Positions 16,032 to 25,467 of a DNA stretch of 64,000 nt are shown here, in pieces. The stretch is from Bacteroidales bacterium (lineage in GTDB: Bacteria; Bacteroidota; Bacteroidia; Bacteroidales; UBA932): assembly GCA_012744435.1 (NCBI GenBank), contig JAAYCA010000060.1, forward strand, positions 4,067 to 68,066. The letters run 5' to 3'. The translations under genes and the position numbers were made by a program. Under the pieces are notes generated by a model, which was not told where the DNA came from, made no database searches, and was given only the letters and a program-made list of their open reading frames with translations. The stretch's first letter is position 1. Each line of letters begins with the position of its first letter.

Positions 16032-16211
16032 CTATTTCCCTTTGCAGTACGGGCAGCCGGAGGCGCTGGAACAGCCCGTGCAGGCCGAAGGGTCCCTGCC
16101 GGCGGAGCCGCAGCTGCAGCCGCCGGAACGGGCGGCGCGGCGCCACGTGCGGATCGCAAGCACCAGGCATGCGGCCACCAGAAGCAGAACGATGAGGGAC
16201 GGAAGATTCAT
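16032..16211 (-). CDS. FeoB-associated Cys-rich small membrane protein; absent from the ORF track because it is shorter than 60 aa
   Basis: My own translation gives MNLPSLIVLLLVAACLVLAIRTWRRAARSGGCSCGSAGRDPSACTGCSSASGCPYCKGK (59 aa). It has one TM segment and a Cys-rich tail, and starts 11 nt after the feoB stop. Confidence 0.65.
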   Translation of the reverse strand: MNLPSLIVLLLVAACLVLAIRTWRRAARSGGCSCGSAGRDPSACTGCSSASGCPYCKGK

Positions 16212-16221
16212 GGCTCGTCGA

Positions 16222-18570
16222 TCACGGAAGGAACATCCCGGCCACCCAGTAACTCAAAAGCGCGCACAGCCAGGCCACAACGCATTGGAATATCACGACC
16301 GCAATGGACCACTTGCCGCCAAGTTCGCGCTTGACGGCGGCAATGGCGGCCACGCAGGGCGTATAGAGCAGGCAGAACGCCAGCATCGGAATCGCTGTAA
16401 GCGTCGTCATCGTGGCGGTCACATTCAGCACTTCCAGGGTCGCGACCACACTCTCTTTGGCGAGGAATCCCGTCACCAGCGCCGTCACGATGCGCCAGTC
16501 GCCCAACCCGAGCGGGCGGAACAGGGGAGAGAGCACCCCGGCGACGGAAGCCAGCATGCTGTCCTCGGGATCCGACAGGCGCAGGCGCCAGTCAAAACTC
16601 TGCAGCACCCAGATCACGATCGAGGCCACGAAGATCACGGTGAAAGCCCGCTGCAGGAAGTCCTTGGTCTTGTCCCAGAGCAGGCGTCCCACGTTCCTGG
16701 CGCCGGGCATGCGGTAATTCGGCAGCTCCATCACGAAAGGAGCGGCGCCGCCCTTGCGGGGAAGCTGTTTCGCGACCAGCGCGATCAACACGCCGACCAG
16801 GATGGACGACAGATACAGGATCACCAGCACCAGACCGCCGTGGCCCGGGAAGAAAGCGTTGGTAAAAAAGGCGTAGATCGGAATCTTCGCCGAACAGCTC
16901 ATATACGGGGTCAACAGGATCGTCATCTTGCGGTCCCGCGCGGAAGGCAGGGTGCGCGTAGCCATCACCGCCGGCACACTGCAGCCGAAACCGATCAGCA
17001 GCGGCACGATGCTCCGGCCGCTCAGGCCGATCTTGCGCAGCAGCTTGTCGGTGACAAACGCCACACGCGCCATGTAACCGCTGTCCTCCAGCATGGACAG
17101 GAAGAAGAACAGGAGGAGGATGATCGGCACGAAACTGACCACCGTTCCCACGCCGCCGAACACACCGTCCACGACGAGCGAGCGCACGGCGGGAGTAACG
17201 CTCCAGCGCGCCATCCCGGCGTCCGCCACGCCCGCCAGCCACTGGATTCCCCGGTCCAGCAGATCCTGCAACGGCGCACCGAGCACGTCGATCGACAGCC
17301 AGATCACCAGGGAGATTACGACGGCGAAAATCGGGATCGCCGTCCAGCGGCCCGTCAGGATCCGGTCCAGCTTGCGGCTGCGGCGGTATTCCTTGCTCTC
17401 CTGCGGCTTCACGACGGTCTGGGCCGTGACCCGGCGGATAAAGGAAAAACGCATGTCGGCCATGGCCGCATTGCGGTCCATGCCGCGCTCCTGCTCCATT
17501 TGCACGATGATGTGCTCGAGCATCTCCTTCTCATTGGGCTGCAAGCCCAGCTCCCGCTCCACCGCGACGTCGCCCTCGACAAGACGGCTCGCCGCGAAAC
17601 GCAGCGGAAGCCCCGCACGCTCGGCATGGTCCTCGATCAGGTGCATTACCCCATGCAGGCAGCGGTGCACCGCTCCCCCGTGGTCGTTCTTGTCGCAGAA
17701 GTCCTGGCGCGCCGGCTTCTCCTGGTAGCGGGCCACATGGACCGCATGGTCCACCAGCTCGTCCACCCCTTCGTTCTTCATGGCGGAAATGGGCACCACC
17801 GGCAGGCCGAGGATGCGTTCCATCTCGTTGACACGGATGGAGCCGCCGTTCCCGCGGACCTCGTCCATCATATTGAGAGCCAGCACCATCGGAATATCCA
17901 GCTCCATCAGCTGCATGGTCAGATACAGGTTGCGCTCGATATTGCCGGCATCCACGATGTTGATAATGCCGTGGGGATGCTCCCGCAGGATGAAGTTGCG
18001 GGAGACGATCTCCTCGGAAGTGTAGGGCGAAAGGGAATAAATGCCCGGCAGGTCGGTCACGCTGGTATTGGCGTGGTCGCGGATCCTGCCGTCCTTGCGG
18101 TCCACCGTGACCCCGGGGAAATTGCCCACATGCTGGTTGGCGCCGGTCAGCTGGTTGAAGAGCGTCGTCTTGCCGCAATTCTGGTTGCCCGCAAGGGCGA
18201 AGGAAAGCACCGTGCCTTCCGGCAGGGGATGTTCCCGTGATCTGTCGTGGTATTTCCCTTCCTCGCCATAGCCCGGGTGGGCAACGGCTTCCACCGGATT
18301 GACCGAAGGGTCATCAACGATATAGGGCTGGGTTCCGGACAGGTCCGCCACCGGCTCGACGGTGATCTGCGCCGCATCCGCGAGGCGGAGCGTAAGGGAA
18401 TAACCGCTGACGAGCAACTCCATCGGATCGCCCAGCGGCGCATACTTGACGAGTCTCACCGGAGCCCCCGGAATAAGGCCCATGTCCAGAAAATGCTGCC
18501 GCAGGGCGCTTTCGCCGCCGACAGCCTGGATGACGGCGCTGCCGCCTACAGGTAGTTCTCGAAGAGTCAT
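16222..18570 (-). CDS. feoB: Ferrous iron transporter, FeoA-FeoB fusion
   Basis: Starts MTLRELPVGGSAVIQAV..LGDPMELLVSGYSLTLR (FeoA SH3-like domain). The G-domain (LAGNQNCGKTTLFNQLTG) and a polytopic permease follow. The upstream part of the 855-aa track ORF is not coding-like. Confidence 0.9.
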   Translation of the reverse strand: MTLRELPVGGSAVIQAVGGESALRQHFLDMGLIPGAPVRLVKYAPLGDPMELLVSGYSLTLRLADAAQITVEPVADLSGTQPYIVDDPSVNPVEAVAHPGYGEEGKYHDRSREHPLPEGTVLSFALAGNQNCGKTTLFNQLTGANQHVGNFPGVTVDRKDGRIRDHANTSVTDLPGIYSLSPYTSEEIVSRNFILREHPHGIINIVDAGNIERNLYLTMQLMELDIPMVLALNMMDEVRGNGGSIRVNEMERILGLPVVPISAMKNEGVDELVDHAVHVARYQEKPARQDFCDKNDHGGAVHRCLHGVMHLIEDHAERAGLPLRFAASRLVEGDVAVERELGLQPNEKEMLEHIIVQMEQERGMDRNAAMADMRFSFIRRVTAQTVVKPQESKEYRRSRKLDRILTGRWTAIPIFAVVISLVIWLSIDVLGAPLQDLLDRGIQWLAGVADAGMARWSVTPAVRSLVVDGVFGGVGTVVSFVPIILLLFFFLSMLEDSGYMARVAFVTDKLLRKIGLSGRSIVPLLIGFGCSVPAVMATRTLPSARDRKMTILLTPYMSCSAKIPIYAFFTNAFFPGHGGLVLVILYLSSILVGVLIALVAKQLPRKGGAAPFVMELPNYRMPGARNVGRLLWDKTKDFLQRAFTVIFVASIVIWVLQSFDWRLRLSDPEDSMLASVAGVLSPLFRPLGLGDWRIVTALVTGFLAKESVVATLEVLNVTATMTTLTAIPMLAFCLLYTPCVAAIAAVKRELGGKWSIAVVIFQCVVAWLCALLSYWVAGMFLP

Positions 18571-18700
18571 CGTGTTCTGCTGACAACTTGCAAAGTTCGC
18601 TCGCGCGCGGAAAACATGCAATACCCATTTATGGGGATTATCCCGGCCGAAACGGCGTCCGGCCGGGCGACAGTCGCAAGTTTTTGCTATCTTTGCGCTG

Positions 18701-19651
18701 ATGGAAACGCCGCTGGTCAGCATCGTCATCGTGTGCATGAACCGATTGGACAACCTGTATCCCTGTCTGGAAGGGGTGCGGGCGCACACGGGCGTCCCGT
18801 ACGAGTGCTTCGTGGTGGCCTACCGTTTCTCTCCGGAGAATCTCGCACGGGCGCAGGCCAATTTCCCCTGGGTCAGCTGGATTGTCAGCGACGGGATCCG
18901 CGGCTTCGCGGAGAACAACAATCTCGCCCTCCGGCAGGCACGCGGACGCTATTGTTTCGTGCTCAACGACGACACGGAGATCCGCCAAGACGTGATCGGG
19001 GCGCTGGTCGCGGACATGGAACGGCTTCCGCAGGATACGGCCATCGTCAGCCCGCGGCTGCTCAATGCAGACGGCTCTCTCCAGCTTTGCGGCCGCCCGC
19101 CTTATCCGGCGCGCTACTATGTGCTGCAGCAGTGGCACCTGTACAAGGAGCCCATCGACGACACGGTGGGCAAAACGCCCCTCTTCGGAGAGCTGTTCCG
19201 CACGTCGAACATCACCGGCGCGGCTTTTCTGATCAAGACCGCGGTGTTCCGGGAGCTGGGCTGGTTTGACGAGACCTATTACTTCACCCCCGAGGACATC
19301 GCCCTCTCGACGCTGGCGCGGAAGAGAGGATACGGCGTGTACGTGGACCGGGCCGTGAGCCTGACACACAAGTGGCGCACCACCGCCACGCGCATCTCCC
19401 CGGCCATCCGCCCGGCGGCCGTGCGCGGGTCGCTGATCTTTTTCAGCGGCGGGAGCCGCCTGAAATATTTCCTGCTGGCCCTGCCCGTCTGGCTGGCGGA
19501 GAGCGCCAAACGCGCCAAGGCCGCCTGCCGGCTGCGCCGCGATCCCTCGGAGGCAAACCGCATCGCCTGGGAGACTTTCCGCAACATCTCGCGGAGCATC
19601 TTCACCCGGCAGAGCCCCAAACAACTCTTCATGAAGTATTTCCATGGCTGA
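18701..19651 (+). CDS. Glycosyltransferase family 2
   Basis: 316 aa with VSIVIVCMNRLDNL, FAENNNLA and VLNDDTEI (a DxD-like motif). A TAtcTTTG -7 box lies just upstream. Confidence 0.85.
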   Translation: METPLVSIVIVCMNRLDNLYPCLEGVRAHTGVPYECFVVAYRFSPENLARAQANFPWVSWIVSDGIRGFAENNNLALRQARGRYCFVLNDDTEIRQDVIGALVADMERLPQDTAIVSPRLLNADGSLQLCGRPPYPARYYVLQQWHLYKEPIDDTVGKTPLFGELFRTSNITGAAFLIKTAVFRELGWFDETYYFTPEDIALSTLARKRGYGVYVDRAVSLTHKWRTTATRISPAIRPAAVRGSLIFFSGGSRLKYFLLALPVWLAESAKRAKAACRLRRDPSEANRIAWETFRNISRSIFTRQSPKQLFMKYFHG

Positions 19652-20519
19652 TGTACTCGTCGTGATCGTCACCTACAATGCCTTGAAGTGGGTCGGCAAG
19701 TGTCTGCGGAGCGTGGAGCGGTCCACGTATCCGGCCGACGTGGTGCTGATCGACAACGGCTCCACCGACGGCACCCTCCCGCTCGTCCGGACGGACTTTC
19801 CGCAGGTGCGCATCATCGAGACGGGAGAGAATCTGGGTTTCGGGGCCGCCAACAACATCGGTCTGCGCATGGCCCTGGACGAAGGATATAGATTTGCCTA
19901 CCTGCTCAACCAGGACGCCTGGCTGGAGAAAGACACGCTGGAGCGGCTGATCGCCGCGCACAAGGAAGAATTGGGCGTGCTGAGCCCCATGCAGCTGGAT
20001 GCGCGCGGCCGGCGCGACAAGCGCTTCGACCGCAAATGCGGCAAATACATCGATGCCGCCCTGGGCGGCTACCACAAGGAAACGCTGGTCGTGGAGGTGC
20101 CTTTCGTGATGGCGGCGCACTGGCTGCTGAGCCGCAAGGCCATCGAGACCGTCGGCGGGTTCTCGCCGGCGTTCCGGCAATACGGAGAGGATGACAACTG
20201 GCTCCACCGCCTGCACTTCCACAAGCTGCTGTGCGGTGTGGTCCCGGCGGCGAAGGCGGTCCATGACCGCGCCGGCCGCCGCCCCGGCCGCGAAAAAAAG
20301 ATGGCGCTGAAATGCATCTCTACGGTGGTGAAGCTCAGCGACCCGAACCGTCCCTGGCGCTGGATGCGCATCCGCGAAGTGCTGGAGCTGGTCGGGATGG
20401 GCATCAAGAACTTCTCGGCCATCCCGTGGCGTTACATCCGGGAGCTGCGGGAACGCTTCCCGGAACTGAAAGAGTACCGCGAGGCGTCGATGCGGAAAGG
20501 CGCCTTCCTGCCGGAATAA
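19644..20519 (+). CDS. Glycosyltransferase family 2 (rhamnosyltransferase-like)
   Basis: 291 aa with VVIVTYNALKWVGKCL, LIDNGSTDGT, GFGAANNIG and LLNQDAW. It overlaps the previous GT gene by 8 nt. Confidence 0.85.
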   Translation: MADVLVVIVTYNALKWVGKCLRSVERSTYPADVVLIDNGSTDGTLPLVRTDFPQVRIIETGENLGFGAANNIGLRMALDEGYRFAYLLNQDAWLEKDTLERLIAAHKEELGVLSPMQLDARGRRDKRFDRKCGKYIDAALGGYHKETLVVEVPFVMAAHWLLSRKAIETVGGFSPAFRQYGEDDNWLHRLHFHKLLCGVVPAAKAVHDRAGRRPGREKKMALKCISTVVKLSDPNRPWRWMRIREVLELVGMGIKNFSAIPWRYIRELRERFPELKEYREASMRKGAFLPE

Positions 20520-20552
20520 TTTTCCCGGACAGGGGCCTCTTCACAGGAAGAA

Positions 20553-21017
20553 TCAGAGCAGGCCTTCGGGGAGGTCCAGGTCGAGGGTCCGGGTCTCCGG
20601 ATCGGCGGAGAGAATCAGGTCGGGATGCAAGGGGACAAGGGTCTCGCCGACATACAGGCAGAGATTGCCGGGAATGGGCTCCATGCCGGTCACTTCTCCG
20701 ACGCATTCGCCCCGGTTGAGCAGGGTCCAGCCCGTGAAGTCCGTCTCCTCTTCCTCTTCCCACTCGCCTTCGATATAAAGCGCGCGGCCGACCACTTCCT
20801 CGGCATCTTCCAGCGTTACGATATCATTCAGATGGATGATGGCTTTCGTGCCGCCCCGCTGTCGGATATCCTGGATAAAGAAGGGAACCGGCAGTCCATC
20901 GAATTCGATGAACACCGGTTCCTGCAGATCGATCTGGTCGACCTCGATGTCGTACACCCCGATCAGGAGGCCGCCATCGGTGCCGTTGGATTTGAGGATC
21001 TTGGCAATCTGGAGCAT
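20553..21017 (-). CDS. rimM: 16S rRNA processing protein RimM
   Basis: 154 aa. It lies directly downstream of rpsP (conserved gene order). A PRC-barrel-like C-terminus is present (GWTLLNRGECVGEVTGMEPIPGN.L). Confidence 0.85.
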   Translation of the reverse strand: MLQIAKILKSNGTDGGLLIGVYDIEVDQIDLQEPVFIEFDGLPVPFFIQDIRQRGGTKAIIHLNDIVTLEDAEEVVGRALYIEGEWEEEEETDFTGWTLLNRGECVGEVTGMEPIPGNLCLYVGETLVPLHPDLILSADPETRTLDLDLPEGLL

Positions 21018-21023
21018 CAGATG

Positions 21024-21599
21024 CTACTCGGCGGGAGCCTCGGCAGCCTCGGCGGCAGCGGGAGCCTCCTCGGCGGGAGCTTCGGCGGCAGCAGCCTCGG
21101 CAGCGGCTTCGGCAGCCTCGGCGGCCTTCTGGGCAGCCAGTTCGGCAGCCTTCTTGGCAAGCGCCTCGGCGCGGGCCTCGTTGACCTTGGCCTCCTCGGC
21201 CTTCGCAGCCTTGCGGGCCTCGATGTCTGCGGCCTTGATGCCGGACTTCTTGGCCTCGATCTTGGCATCGCGCTGGGCCTTCCAGTCATTCCACTTCTTG
21301 TCGGCCGCTTCCTGGGTCAGAGCCCCCTTGGCGATACCGCCGTCCAGGTGGTGGCGCAGCATCACACCCTCATAGGAGAGAATGCGGCGTGCGGTGAGGG
21401 TCGGCTCGGCACCCACTTTCAGCCAGGCGAGGGCGCGCTCGGCATTGAGCACGATCGTAGCCGGGTTGGTGTTGGGGTTGTAGGAGCCCAGTTGCTCGAT
21501 GAAACGACCATCGCGCGGAGAGCGCGAATCCGCCACTACAATGTGGAAGAATGCGAAATTCTTCTTACCGTGGCGCTGTAAACGAATCTTAACAGCCAT
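21024..21599 (-). CDS. rpsP: 30S ribosomal protein S16 with an Ala/Glu/Lys-rich C-terminal extension
   Basis: Starts [42 protein letters not shown] long low-complexity tail follows. A TAtcTTTG -7 box lies at about 21655-21662 (minus strand). Confidence 0.95.
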   Translation of the reverse strand: MAVKIRLQRHGKKNFAFFHIVVADSRSPRDGRFIEQLGSYNPNTNPATIVLNAERALAWLKVGAEPTLTARRILSYEGVMLRHHLDGGIAKGALTQEAADKKWNDWKAQRDAKIEAKKSGIKAADIEARKAAKAEEAKVNEARAEALAKKAAELAAQKAAEAAEAAAEAAAAEAPAEEAPAAAEAAEAPAE

Positions 21600-21673
21600 T
21601 GTGAATCTGTTGAAAAAATTAAACTTAACTCATTCCTACCCGAGGAATGGACGGCAAAGATAGGTCAATTTTT

Positions 21674-22354
21674 TTACTTATGCAACAAGTATTTGAAACC
21701 CGGATGGTTGCGGGTGTTCCGGCCGTCCAGCAGGCGGTCGTCCCACGCGACGCCGCAGCGCTGAAGGCACCAGCGCAGCGACAACTGGTCGCGGCGGCTC
21801 AGGTGCAGCACGCGGTCCCACCACAGTTCGTCCAGGGCCACGATCCCGGGATCCGGATGCTGCCGGAAAAGCAAGTTGCTCTCCATCAGTCCGGCGTGCC
21901 GCCGAAGACCATGGAAGAACAAGAATGCCCACACGCGCAGCAGCCCGGAAGCCGTCAGGTATTTCATGTCGTAGCACTTGCGCGCCTCGGCATAGCTGCA
22001 ATCCCGGTCGGGGTGCGGCACGCCGCTGAACTTCGCTCCCGCTGCAACCCGGGCCTGGACCGCCTGGTAGAGCGAGCCGTCCAGCATGGCGATGTTGCCG
22101 TCGATCCACACGCTGCCGCCGTAGTCCGGCAGCAGGACGTGGGGATGCGTCTTGGCCCAGCGGGCGTCCATCGTCGCATCGCCCAGGGTCCGGGGCAGTT
22201 CGCGGATCTCCCACGCCCCGTCGCGTGCGCTGGTCTTCTCTCCCTTCCCGACGAAGCAGATGAAGTCGAAACCGGCCTGCAGGACGACAGGCTGCTTCAG
22301 CTCGTCGTAGCCGCCGACGATGCAGGTATAAATCGCTATTTTCCCCGTATTCAT
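21674..22354 (-). CDS. DUF616/TOD1-like glycosyltransferase-domain protein
   Basis: 226 aa with IAIYTCIVGGYDELKQP, DARWAKTHPHVLLPDY..VWIDGNI and DQLSL. Its start overlaps the stop of the flippase-fusion gene. Confidence 0.7.
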   Translation of the reverse strand: MNTGKIAIYTCIVGGYDELKQPVVLQAGFDFICFVGKGEKTSARDGAWEIRELPRTLGDATMDARWAKTHPHVLLPDYGGSVWIDGNIAMLDGSLYQAVQARVAAGAKFSGVPHPDRDCSYAEARKCYDMKYLTASGLLRVWAFLFFHGLRRHAGLMESNLLFRQHPDPGIVALDELWWDRVLHLSRRDQLSLRWCLQRCGVAWDDRLLDGRNTRNHPGFKYLLHK

Positions 22355-24699
22355 GGACGCGCTGTCTTGAAGTATTCTCCCAGCCGGAGATCCGCCTCGT
22401 CGGGCTCAAAAGGAACGAAACCGCCCCAGTGATAGAAGGTGTATTCGCCGAAGAGAATGCGGCCGTCCGGCATCTCGTAGAAGTCGATGCGCACCTGCGG
22501 GAAATCCCCGGCAAGCGCCTCCGCCAGACGGAGCATCTCCCCGAAATGCGCCGGTCTTGCGGGCGGAACGGCAGCGTTGGGATGTCCGTTGCGGATGTCC
22601 AGGTGATTCCAGGACAGGTCGAAGAAGTCGAAACAGGTCTCCTGGCCGGGGACGTTGCGGCCGGTCGCCACGAAGAGGAATTCCGGCTTGCCGCTGAAAC
22701 AGAAGATCTTGTAGTCGACGAGGTCCGCGCCCAGATATTCCTCGGCGATGATGCGCGGCGGAACGCCCTTGTAGGCCCATTCGCGGTCGCGGCGCCAGTG
22801 CTCGCGATGCAGGGCGGCGGACAGCTTCGCGCAGGCGGTATCCCGGTCGAACGAGGTCTTGTCAGCACAGATTGCGATGCTTCCGCTGTCGTGCGTGCAT
22901 TTCAGCACGAACTGTCGCGGCAGGGCGTCCCAGTCGATTTGCGACACCTCGTTCCACACGCCCAGGGTACGCACCACGTGTTCTTCTCCGATCCTTGCAG
23001 CCACGTAAGGCTTCACCTCCGCCTTATCCACCAGCGTGTGATAGAGCGGATTGCGGTCGCGCAATTTCTGCCACTGGAGCTTCTCCGTGAAATACACCGG
23101 CCCCGACACGGACAGCGGCCGGTCGTAAACGGCGCGGTATTTCGCTTTCAGGAACAGGCGGTCCGGCAGGAAGCGCCCGGTCTTGCGGAGCACGAAATCC
23201 CGTTCTCCGGCCGTCAGCAGATAACGCCAGGTGTACACGGCCATGGAGACCCAGCCCAGCACCGTGCCGAAAAGCAGGCGCCAGCCGGGAGCCCAGCCGA
23301 AACCGCGGGCGAAGAGGCAGAACATCATCGAGAAGCAGCTCGTCATCACCAGCAGCGCCAGCAGGCGGAGATACGGCCGCAGGGGGAAGTCCGTCTGGCG
23401 GTGCACCAGGATGAGCCGCTCCACAAATACGGCCGAATAGACCATGATGAAGATGTAATAGGCCCAGGCGGGACCGGCGCCCAGCCGGAAAGCGAGCCAG
23501 GTCAGCGGCAGACCCAGATAGGAGGTCAGACCGGTGATCAGGTAATACCGCCTGACGCGACCGGTGGCCTGCACCAGGGTCAGCAGCGAGTTGCCGGACA
23601 GATCGACGAACAGGCTGGCTATGGCCAGGCGGATGAAGGTCGCCGCATGGGGCGGCACCTTGTCGGGACCCAGCCACAGGTCCAGCAGCAGCTCCGTCTC
23701 GCCCAGCACGGGGATGGCACAGGCCAGGACCACGAGCCAGGCATACTTGGTGCCCTTGCGCACCAATTCGAAACAATATTCTTTGTCCCCGCCCGCCCAG
23801 GCTTTGGTGATCTGTGGATTGAGGGCGGTCAGGAAATTGGAGACGAACTGCTTGACGGTGTTCTCCACCTGCAGGGTCACGCCCCGGGCGGCGTTCACCG
23901 CCACGCCGAAGAAAAGGTTGACCACCTGTCCGGCACCCTGCGTGTTGAGTACATAGCCGCTGGATCCGAAGAAGCTCCAGCCGGCAAAGGCCGTCATCTC
24001 GCGCGTCAGCGCACGGTCGAACACCAGGCCGCCGCGGGTCTCCGCGAAACAGCGCCGGCAATAGAGACCGTAGGCCGTCCGCACCAGCAGCGCCACGCCC
24101 AGCATCAGGACGGCATAGCTGATCAGCTTGTCCCAGGGAGAGACATACAGCAGCAGCGCCACGCCCAGCTTGAGCGCCGCCTCGCCGAGACTGATCACGG
24201 CAAAGGCCGACATGCGCTCATGGGCGATGATGGCGGCGTTGTAGGGAACGGAAAGCAGCGTGACCACCAGGATCCCCAGGGAACACTGAAGCACCCAGCG
24301 GGCCGCTTCCAGACGCCCTTCCGGGATCACGAGACGGTGGTTCAGCCACCACATGCCGGCCGTCTCCACGAGCAGCACCAGCAGCAGTGAAAGACCCATC
24401 TGGATGAGCACGCCGGTGGAAAAGATGCGCCTGAGGCGCCCGGGGTCTCCCTGCCCCAGGCCCACGGCCAGGTAGCGGCTGATCGCCGCGGAAATCGCGG
24501 TCGTGATGAACGTGAAGACCGTCACCACCCCGCCCACGACGTTGTACACGCCATAATCCTCCACGCCCAGGGTCCGGAGCACCACACGCGAGGTGAACAG
24601 CCCGATGAGCAGCAGCATGAACATGCGGAAATACAGCATGAGCGTATTGCGCGCCAGCCGCCTGCTGTTCTCGGATAACTGTCCTGCCGGAGGAGTCAT
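22351..24699 (-). CDS. Fusion protein: Wzx-type polysaccharide flippase (N-terminal, about 480 aa, multi-TM) + TupA-like ATP-grasp amidoligase (C-terminal, about 290 aa)
   Basis: 782 aa in a single uninterrupted frame. The N-terminus NTLMLYFRMFMLLLIGLFTSRVVLRTLGVEDYGVYNVVGGVV is typical of MOP/Wzx proteins. The C-terminus YFTEKLQWQKLRDRNPLYHTLVDKAEVKPYV...FVLKCTHDSGS...DYKIFCFSGKPEF...RIDFYE..GRILFGEYTF matches TupA-like ATP-grasp blocks. Confidence 0.8.
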   Translation of the reverse strand: MTPPAGQLSENSRRLARNTLMLYFRMFMLLLIGLFTSRVVLRTLGVEDYGVYNVVGGVVTVFTFITTAISAAISRYLAVGLGQGDPGRLRRIFSTGVLIQMGLSLLLVLLVETAGMWWLNHRLVIPEGRLEAARWVLQCSLGILVVTLLSVPYNAAIIAHERMSAFAVISLGEAALKLGVALLLYVSPWDKLISYAVLMLGVALLVRTAYGLYCRRCFAETRGGLVFDRALTREMTAFAGWSFFGSSGYVLNTQGAGQVVNLFFGVAVNAARGVTLQVENTVKQFVSNFLTALNPQITKAWAGGDKEYCFELVRKGTKYAWLVVLACAIPVLGETELLLDLWLGPDKVPPHAATFIRLAIASLFVDLSGNSLLTLVQATGRVRRYYLITGLTSYLGLPLTWLAFRLGAGPAWAYYIFIMVYSAVFVERLILVHRQTDFPLRPYLRLLALLVMTSCFSMMFCLFARGFGWAPGWRLLFGTVLGWVSMAVYTWRYLLTAGERDFVLRKTGRFLPDRLFLKAKYRAVYDRPLSVSGPVYFTEKLQWQKLRDRNPLYHTLVDKAEVKPYVAARIGEEHVVRTLGVWNEVSQIDWDALPRQFVLKCTHDSGSIAICADKTSFDRDTACAKLSAALHREHWRRDREWAYKGVPPRIIAEEYLGADLVDYKIFCFSGKPEFLFVATGRNVPGQETCFDFFDLSWNHLDIRNGHPNAAVPPARPAHFGEMLRLAEALAGDFPQVRIDFYEMPDGRILFGEYTFYHWGGFVPFEPDEADLRLGEYFKTARP

Positions 24700-24711
24700 G
24701 ACGGGAAAGGT

Positions 24712-25467
24712 TTATTTGCGGAACAGTCCGAACACGGCGGAGCCGGAGCCGGACATCGAGGCATACACGGCGCCGTCGGCATAGAAACGCTTCTTGAGCG
24801 CCTCCACCTCCGGATGAATGGAAAAGACGGACGGCTCAAAGTCGTTGTACAGCACGTCCGGCCACATCTCCGCCGGATAGCGGAGCGCCTCGCGCAGCGA
24901 CGGGAGGGCGACGCGTTCGCGCGGGACAACCCGCGAATAGGCTTCGCTCGTGCTCACGCGCACTCCTTCCGGCACCTCCACCCGGATCTCGAACGCCGAC
25001 AGGTCGAGGTCGTAGTCCGTCAGGACATCCCCGCGGCCGGTGCCGAACATCGGGCGGTTGTAGATGAACACCGGACAGTCGGAGCCCAGGCAGGCGGCAT
25101 AATCCGCCAGCTGCCAGTCCTCCAGGCCCAGGTGGAACATCTCGGTCAGCGTCATCAGGGTGAATGCGGCATCGGCCGAACCGCTGCCCAGTCCGGCGCC
25201 CACGGCACTGCGTTTGGTCAGGCGGATCTCCACCGGAGGCAGGTCGAAATCGGCCTTGAGCAACTGGTAGGCCCGCACGCAAAGGTCGTCGTCCCAGGTC
25301 ACGTTGTCCGAACCGACGAAACGGAAAGCCCCGGCCGGAACGATCTCCAGCACATCCGACATTCCGAAATACGGGACGAACAGGGTCTCGATATCGTGGT
25401 AGCCGTCGGGCCGCTTGCGCAGCACGCTCAGGCCCAGGTTGATCTTGACGTTAGGATAGACCAGCAT
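24712..25467 (-). CDS. ispE: 4-diphosphocytidyl-2-C-methyl-D-erythritol kinase
   Basis: 251 aa with KINLGLSVLRKRPDGYHDIETLF and the GHMP motif GAGLGSGSADAA. Confidence 0.9.
   Translation of the reverse strand: MLVYPNVKINLGLSVLRKRPDGYHDIETLFVPYFGMSDVLEIVPAGAFRFVGSDNVTWDDDLCVRAYQLLKADFDLPPVEIRLTKRSAVGAGLGSGSADAAFTLMTLTEMFHLGLEDWQLADYAACLGSDCPVFIYNRPMFGTGRGDVLTDYDLDLSAFEIRVEVPEGVRVSTSEAYSRVVPRERVALPSLREALRYPAEMWPDVLYNDFEPSVFSIHPEVEALKKRFYADGAVYASMSGSGSAVFGLFRK

Noticed and set aside
15875-16159. 94-aa minus-strand ORF spanning the tRNA-Leu gene
   Set aside because: It overlaps the tRNA and its terminator and is Ala/Pro-rich. The real small gene in this region is in another frame (16032-16211).
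18611-18660. Possible fourth remnant of the palindromic element (tgcaatacc and cccatttat-gggg resemble parts of copies B and A), and a CCCAT-TT-ATGGG inverted repeat (18624-18635) as a possible operator upstream of feoAB
   Set aside because: Only 9-mer-level matches are present, and they are in the wrong relative order. The 5-bp inverted arms are too short to be meaningful without comparative data.
21024-21290. Low-complexity Ala/Glu/Lys C-terminal extension of S16 considered as a novelty
   Set aside because: Long charged or alanine-rich S16 tails are a known feature of Bacteroidota rpsP genes, so this is not unusual.
20625-21581. Gly/Ser/Leu- and Ala-rich ORFs (318 aa and 179 aa on the + strand, 90 aa on the - strand) around rimM-rpsP
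   Set aside because: They are antisense or out-of-frame readings of the repetitive GCN-rich region that encodes the Ala/Glu/Lys tail of S16. The S16 frame is the one with the conserved ribosomal N-terminus.
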